NCBI GenBank assembly: GCA_029551285.1
Contig: JAKPFT010000087.1
Span: 168-64,167 of the forward strand
Source of the DNA: a bacterium
GTDB lineage: Bacteria > Ratteibacteria > UBA8468 > B48-G9 > DSTR01
Length of the DNA stretch: 64,000 nucleotides
Reading direction: 5' to 3'
Part shown: piece after piece, positions 59,731-64,000 of the stretch
Position numbering within the stretch: the stretch's first letter is position 1
Layout: every line of letters starts with the position of its first letter
Position numbers and translations under genes: made by a program
The notes under the pieces: generated by a model
The model's input: the letters and a program-made list of their open reading frames with translations, nothing else
Told to the model about the DNA's origin: nothing
Databases searched by the model: none

Positions 59731-62535
59731 TTACGGCGTCTGGGCAGGTGTTATACCGGTCCAGTACATTTCAAAGGCTGTCCAGGCGTTGTTCAGGCTG
59801 TAGTAGTACTGGCCCTGATAGGTGTTGCTGGCCCAGAAACCGATAATGCTGATGAGGACATTGTCCCAGTTGTCGGTGTTGGATGGCCACTGCGGACCAA
59901 GGTTACCCACCTGATAACCGAGAACCAGTTGCCGGTTGTACTTCCACTCGTTGATGGTGTACAGAAGGTCGGCATCTTCAATGATGGCGTTGTCATTATC
60001 ATCTCTGACGTTTCCATCAGCGTCATAGATGTCGGTGGGGATGTACGGGTTAGCCACCAGAAGTCTGCCGCTACCGGCAACGGCTGTTTCGGTGTTGGCT
60101 CCGGTAACCGGGTTGACATAAACCAACTCGCCGACAAAGTTGGTTTTCTGTCCGGTGGCGGGAGAAACTGCCACGCTGACCTTGACCACATGGTCACTGA
60201 CATTGCCGGCGACACCGCTACCACTGTCAGCGAAGACCAGTTTCAGGGTGTTAAGTCCTGTGTACGGGCTGTTCGCATAGACCACATAGTTGGTGGTTAC
60301 TGTACCATCAACCCAGACCGTGTTAACCGGCGTGCAAGCCATCACATCGTTGAGGACATAGCCGGCTGGCTTGTTCATCTCATCCACATCGATACTGATG
60401 GTATAAATGAGATTGGAGCCGTTAGGTGCGCGGTTCTGCATGATGCGGTTGGCATACATGGTGCCAGAATTCCGCTGGATACCCCAGGCAACTTCGTCAC
60501 CGACTGCGTCACCCGGTAGGGACCCAACAAGGGTTTCCGTCACCGCGCCGCTGGCGTTAGCCAGCAGGATTTCTCTGGTACCCCGGGCAACCACCGTGGC
60601 GACAAAGGCGATGCTGCCATCGCCCACCGGTGAGTAGACCGGGTAGGTCGGGTTGGTGTAGGCCGTGTAGTCAATGTTTCCAGCGCCGAAAAGTTGCACA
60701 TCGGTTCCGGTCTTGGCATCCATGGTATAAATCTTGTAAGAGCAATCCCGGTTGGAAACAAAAACAATCCGGCTGCCGTCCGGGCTGTAGGCAGGATACC
60801 TGTCTGACCAGATGCCCTGAGAGTTGCCAGCCATCAGTTGAACGCGATTGTTCTGAACATTAGCCGTATTAGCAGCCCAGTTCAGGTCAACGCCAGCGGT
60901 CCAGATCTGATGGTTGCCAATGTAGGCTCCAGTGTTCAGCCTGTGGCTGAAGGCAATCTGGTTGTTAGCCGGGGCCACCGCCGGGTCGTAGAGGTCAACG
61001 GTGGTGGCGACCAGTCCGGCCAGGGTAAGAATCTGGGCCGTTGAGCCCATGGTCTCGGTAATCTTTTTCACATAAAGGTTCTTATTCTGAGTTCGAGGGA
61101 GATTTCCATAGGCATAGACGACCCATTTGCCGTCAGCGGAAACTGCCGGACAGCGAACTGCCTGGGTGCCAGCGGTTCCGGCCAGGACAAGCTGGGGATT
61201 GGTGCCGTTGGTGTTGATGATGTGGCTGGTGCTGGGTTCCCCGGTATAGCCGGCTTCAACGAAGTCGTAAACGATGTTGGCACCGTTGGCGTTCAGGTCA
61301 ACGTGGGTGATCTGCTCGCCGCTGGTGAGGTGCGTCACCTGGGTTGCCGTGCCCAGGGTCCCGGTGGCGTCAAAGTCACTGCGGAAGACCTGATAGTTGT
61401 TGACATAGACCAGTCTGGTAGTGCCAATGTCCACGCCGCCTGGCGCCGGTACGGCTGGTCCCCAGGCAACCAGGCCTTCTTCGCCGTTGTCACTGGTCCA
61501 CTCAGCCATCTGGGTGTTGGAAGAAGCGCCGGTGTCATAGTTGGCCTGCCAGACATTAACATCCGCGGAAAGAATCGCGGCGCCATAAAGCATATTACCG
61601 GTGGTCGGCGTCAGCGGAACGTCACGGCTCAGGGCATTATCACCGTAGAAAGCCGGGTCATACTCATCCTTGTCCGGAGTGTTGGTAAGGTTGACCTGGT
61701 TTCCGGTAACCGAGCCGGCTCCGCCGCTGGCGTCAGCCATGTAAACATCCCATTTGGTCCAGGAGAAACCGCTGGCCTGACGCCGGTTGTAAATGATGTA
61801 AGGAATACCACCAGCCACCGCGGTCATCAGACGACCGTACTGGACATTGCCGTTGGGGTTGGAAGTTAGATTGGTCTTGCCCTGACCATCAAGGTTAATC
61901 CGGTAGATATTCTGCACGCCGTTGAGGCTGCCGATGTAAACAACCTGGGTGCTGGGCGTGCTGGCGTTACCATCCAGGAAGGCTGGATGGGAGTAGGTCA
62001 TACCTGTTTCCTGAAGGAGAATTTCCCGGACCTTGGTGGTCACATTGTACTTTACCAGATAGGACTTGCCGGTGGTGGTATCTTCCATCGCTGCCACGAG
62101 AACATTCCCATCTGGAGATAAGGCCGCATACTTATAACTGCTGGTTGCACTTCCTGTGAGGAAAAGATTCACCTGAGGCGCACTGGTAGCGTCAGAGGCA
62201 ACCTTATAAACGTCAAAGTAAGCATTGACTGCCCCACCAGTCCCGCAGTTACTTGTGAAGACGATGCTCTTGCCGTCACTGGTGAAAGCAGGGTTAAGAA
62301 TCATGCCACCGGCGCCAGGAGTGAAGTAAGTCACCTGGCTGACCTCACCGGTCTCCAGGTTCTTCACATACAACTCACCGGTTTGCGTGATAACTCCGTC
62401 GCTGCGGGTGATGGTGCCAACATAGAGGATATTACCCTGTTTACCAAGCGCGGCTTCGGCTGCCTGTGGCAGCATGAGGCCCAGTGCTAAAACCCCAACC
62501 GCTGCTGTTAGCAGCCACCTGACCTTTCTACTCAT
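59731..62535 (-). CDS. Secreted TolB-like/PD40 beta-propeller repeat protein
   Basis: 934 aa. Signal peptide (LLTAAVGVLALGLMLPQAAEA). Multiple PD40-like blades (F(T/S)SDGK(S/W)IVF.S.R.G, YSPDGSRIVFVSNRD). Thr/Ser/Asn-rich. Confidence 0.6.
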   Translation of the reverse strand: MSRKVRWLLTAAVGVLALGLMLPQAAEAALGKQGNILYVGTITRSDGVITQTGELYVKNLETGEVSQVTYFTPGAGGMILNPAFTSDGKSIVFTSNCGTGGAVNAYFDVYKVASDATSAPQVNLFLTGSATSSYKYAALSPDGNVLVAAMEDTTTGKSYLVKYNVTTKVREILLQETGMTYSHPAFLDGNASTPSTQVVYIGSLNGVQNIYRINLDGQGKTNLTSNPNGNVQYGRLMTAVAGGIPYIIYNRRQASGFSWTKWDVYMADASGGAGSVTGNQVNLTNTPDKDEYDPAFYGDNALSRDVPLTPTTGNMLYGAAILSADVNVWQANYDTGASSNTQMAEWTSDNGEEGLVAWGPAVPAPGGVDIGTTRLVYVNNYQVFRSDFDATGTLGTATQVTHLTSGEQITHVDLNANGANIVYDFVEAGYTGEPSTSHIINTNGTNPQLVLAGTAGTQAVRCPAVSADGKWVVYAYGNLPRTQNKNLYVKKITETMGSTAQILTLAGLVATTVDLYDPAVAPANNQIAFSHRLNTGAYIGNHQIWTAGVDLNWAANTANVQNNRVQLMAGNSQGIWSDRYPAYSPDGSRIVFVSNRDCSYKIYTMDAKTGTDVQLFGAGNIDYTAYTNPTYPVYSPVGDGSIAFVATVVARGTREILLANASGAVTETLVGSLPGDAVGDEVAWGIQRNSGTMYANRIMQNRAPNGSNLIYTISIDVDEMNKPAGYVLNDVMACTPVNTVWVDGTVTTNYVVYANSPYTGLNTLKLVFADSGSGVAGNVSDHVVKVSVAVSPATGQKTNFVGELVYVNPVTGANTETAVAGSGRLLVANPYIPTDIYDADGNVRDDNDNAIIEDADLLYTINEWKYNRQLVLGYQVGNLGPQWPSNTDNWDNVLISIIGFWASNTYQGQYYYSLNNAWTAFEMYWTGITPAQTP

Positions 62536-62929
62536 ATCCTACCTCCTTTTCTGACAAACTCACTTCTTTTGCCACTACCCCGACTGCTACAGAAAACAAA
62601 CCAACCGCTACTTCCTGTCTCTGTGATTTTTCTCTGTTTCACCTCCTTCATGGTCCGGCGCTACACAGTTGACCTTTCAGCCTTCAGGTGGACCATATTG
62701 CCTGAGGACCGGGATTTTCTTTCCTGGCCGGGTTTTTTAGGTCCGGCCTGACATTGTACCGGAATTTTACCCTATCCCTGAAATTTGTCAAGTCCCCTGT
62801 ATTTTCTGTCATTTAAAAATTAAAAGTGCACTGATTTTTTAGGATTTAAAGATTAAAAGTGCACTAATGTTGCCTCTCCCTTGATGGGAGAGGGTCAGGG
62901 TGAGGGTGAAAAGGGGTTAATAAAGAAAC

Positions 62930-64000
62930 AGCGGTAGTAATGTGGATACTGTGGTTAACTCTTAATTTCAAGAGTTATCCAAGCTTTCGTGGATAATGTG
63001 AATAACTGGCTGTTTAGTTATTGAAGACGAAGGCGGCATTATCCACAAAGCGTCAGTATCCACATTTAAGGTCTTATGGTTTAATCTTTTCTTGTTGAAA
63101 ACAAGGAGGATTAGACCATGGGAAAACAAATACATAGGCGTTTGGCGGATGAGCAGGTAAAAGGTTTGCTGGAGAGGTACTGTTCAGGAGAAGTTGAGCT
63201 GGAGTATATATTAAAGATTCTGGAGATAAAGCGCAGGCAATTTTTCAAGATATTAAAGCGATATAGAGAAGATACCGCAAGCTTTTCAATTGCATATAAC
63301 AGACAGGAGAAAACTCGGCAGATTCCGAGGCAGGTAGAAATGAACATTATAAAAGAGTTAAAGATAGAAAGATTCTTGATAGAAGACCCTGCAATGCCGG
63401 TAAGGAACTACAATTACAGTTATGTACGGGACCAGTTGTGGAAGAATTACAAACAGAAGGTTTCCGTGCCGACGATTATAGACAGGGCAAAGAAGAATGA
63501 CTTTTATCTGCCGAAAAAGGAGCATAAAAAGCACGACAGGGAAGTATTGACTAATTATGCCGGAGAGTTAATACAGCATGATTCCTCTCAACATAAATGG
63601 TCACCCTATGCTGATAAAAAATGGTATTTGATAACTTCTCTGGATGATTACAGCCGCAAGATGCTTTATGCTGACCTGGTAGAGAGAGAAACTACATGGG
63701 ACCATATTGCAGCTATGGAAAGCATCTTCTTGAAATATGGACTGCCTTTGTCGTTTTATGTGGACAGCCATTCCATATTCCGGTTTGTGCAGGGCAGGGA
63801 TAGTTTCTGGCGCAAGCATTACAAGGTAACCGATGATGCTGATCCGCAGTGGAAACAGGTGCTCATTGAATGCGGCGTGAAAATAACCTATGCCTTATCT
63901 CCGCAGGCAAAAGGCAAGGTTGAACGGCCATATGGCTGGTTACAGGACAGAATTGTGAGAACCTGTGCGAGAGAGAACATAAAAGAAATCAGAGGTGCCC
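62930..64000 (+). mobile_element. Low-GC insertion sequence, partial (left end plus 5' part of a DDE/rve-type transposase gene), running off the window
   Basis: GC drops sharply after about 62.76 kb. Nested inverted repeats built from GTGGATA(C/A)TG (GTGGATACTG...GTGGATAATG...CATTATCCAC...CAGTATCCAC) lie upstream of an ORF that starts near 63118 (MGKQIHRRLADEQVKGLLERY...) with integrase-core-like HDSSQHKW...DDYSRK...E blocks and no stop before the window end. Confidence 0.55.
63118..64000 (+). CDS. DDE transposase (integrase core, IS481/ISNCY-like), 5' partial with no stop in the window
   Basis: Open frame of about 294 codons to the window end. N-terminal HTH-like region then rve-like catalytic core. 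AT-rich codon usage unlike the host genes. Start coordinate approximate. Confidence 0.55.
   Translation, partial: MGKQIHRRLADEQVKGLLERYCSGEVELEYILKILEIKRRQFFKILKRYREDTASFSIAYNRQEKTRQIPRQVEMNIIKELKIERFLIEDPAMPVRNYNYSYVRDQLWKNYKQKVSVPTIIDRAKKNDFYLPKKEHKKHDREVLTNYAGELIQHDSSQHKWSPYADKKWYLITSLDDYSRKMLYADLVERETTWDHIAAMESIFLKYGLPLSFYVDSHSIFRFVQGRDSFWRKHYKVTDDADPQWKQVLIECGVKITYALSPQAKGKVERPYGWLQDRIVRTCARENIKEIRGA

Noticed and set aside
1-64000. tRNA, rRNA, tmRNA genes or CRISPR arrays
   Set aside because: No cloverleaf-like or rRNA-like conserved stretches were recognised in the few non-coding gaps. All intergenic regions of any size are accounted for by the repeat element, promoters or terminators, or the IS end. 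Without a dedicated scan this remains an absence of evidence.

Overview
This 64 kb window comes from an anaerobic bacterium (about 55% GC) and has three parts. (1) Positions 0.1-19.7 kb hold a complete carbonyl branch of the Wood-Ljungdahl pathway as two divergent transcription units. The minus unit reads cooC-acsD-cooF-FAD oxidoreductase-acsA(CODH)-acsB(ACS)-acsC-acsE-hypothetical. The plus unit encodes a Pta-N-terminal-like DRTGG protein, RACo, a second cooC, an SDR and a flavoprotein. A MazF/PemK-like toxin-antitoxin cassette sits in the divergent intergenic region, bracketed by two essentially identical copies of a ~135-160 bp element. (2) Positions 19.8-36.8 kb are a long minus-strand array. 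It encodes a PflA/AmrS-like radical SAM enzyme, a class II ribonucleotide reductase (NrdJ), a PDZ protein and seven secreted, Thr/Ser-rich repeat proteins. Those proteins carry dockerin-like C-termini, divergent InlB B-repeats, an unassigned ~80-aa Cys-Cys module, and a PQQ beta-propeller lipoprotein. (3) Positions 36.9-59 kb hold a glycosylation cassette (GT2 polyprenyl-phosphate sugar synthase, DUF2304, GT4, SAM methyltransferase, and a TMTC/PMT-like GT-C protein with TPR repeats). Next to it is a 4515-aa giant secreted protein (BACON-like and RCC1 repeats, dockerin tail) and a second TMTC-like paralog. I read this as a candidate dedicated protein O-glycosylation (O-mannosylation-like) system for the giant and other surface proteins. 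The window ends with a HUH/Y1 (IS200/RAYT-like) transposase gene, a PD40 beta-propeller protein and a low-GC IS element (partial DDE transposase). A 135-260 bp element with conserved ends occurs four times (about 12.05, 13.0, 32.3-32.6 and 56.0-56.3 kb), mostly in 5' leaders. All coordinates from my own reading are approximate (+/- a few nt); ORF coordinates follow the supplied track.
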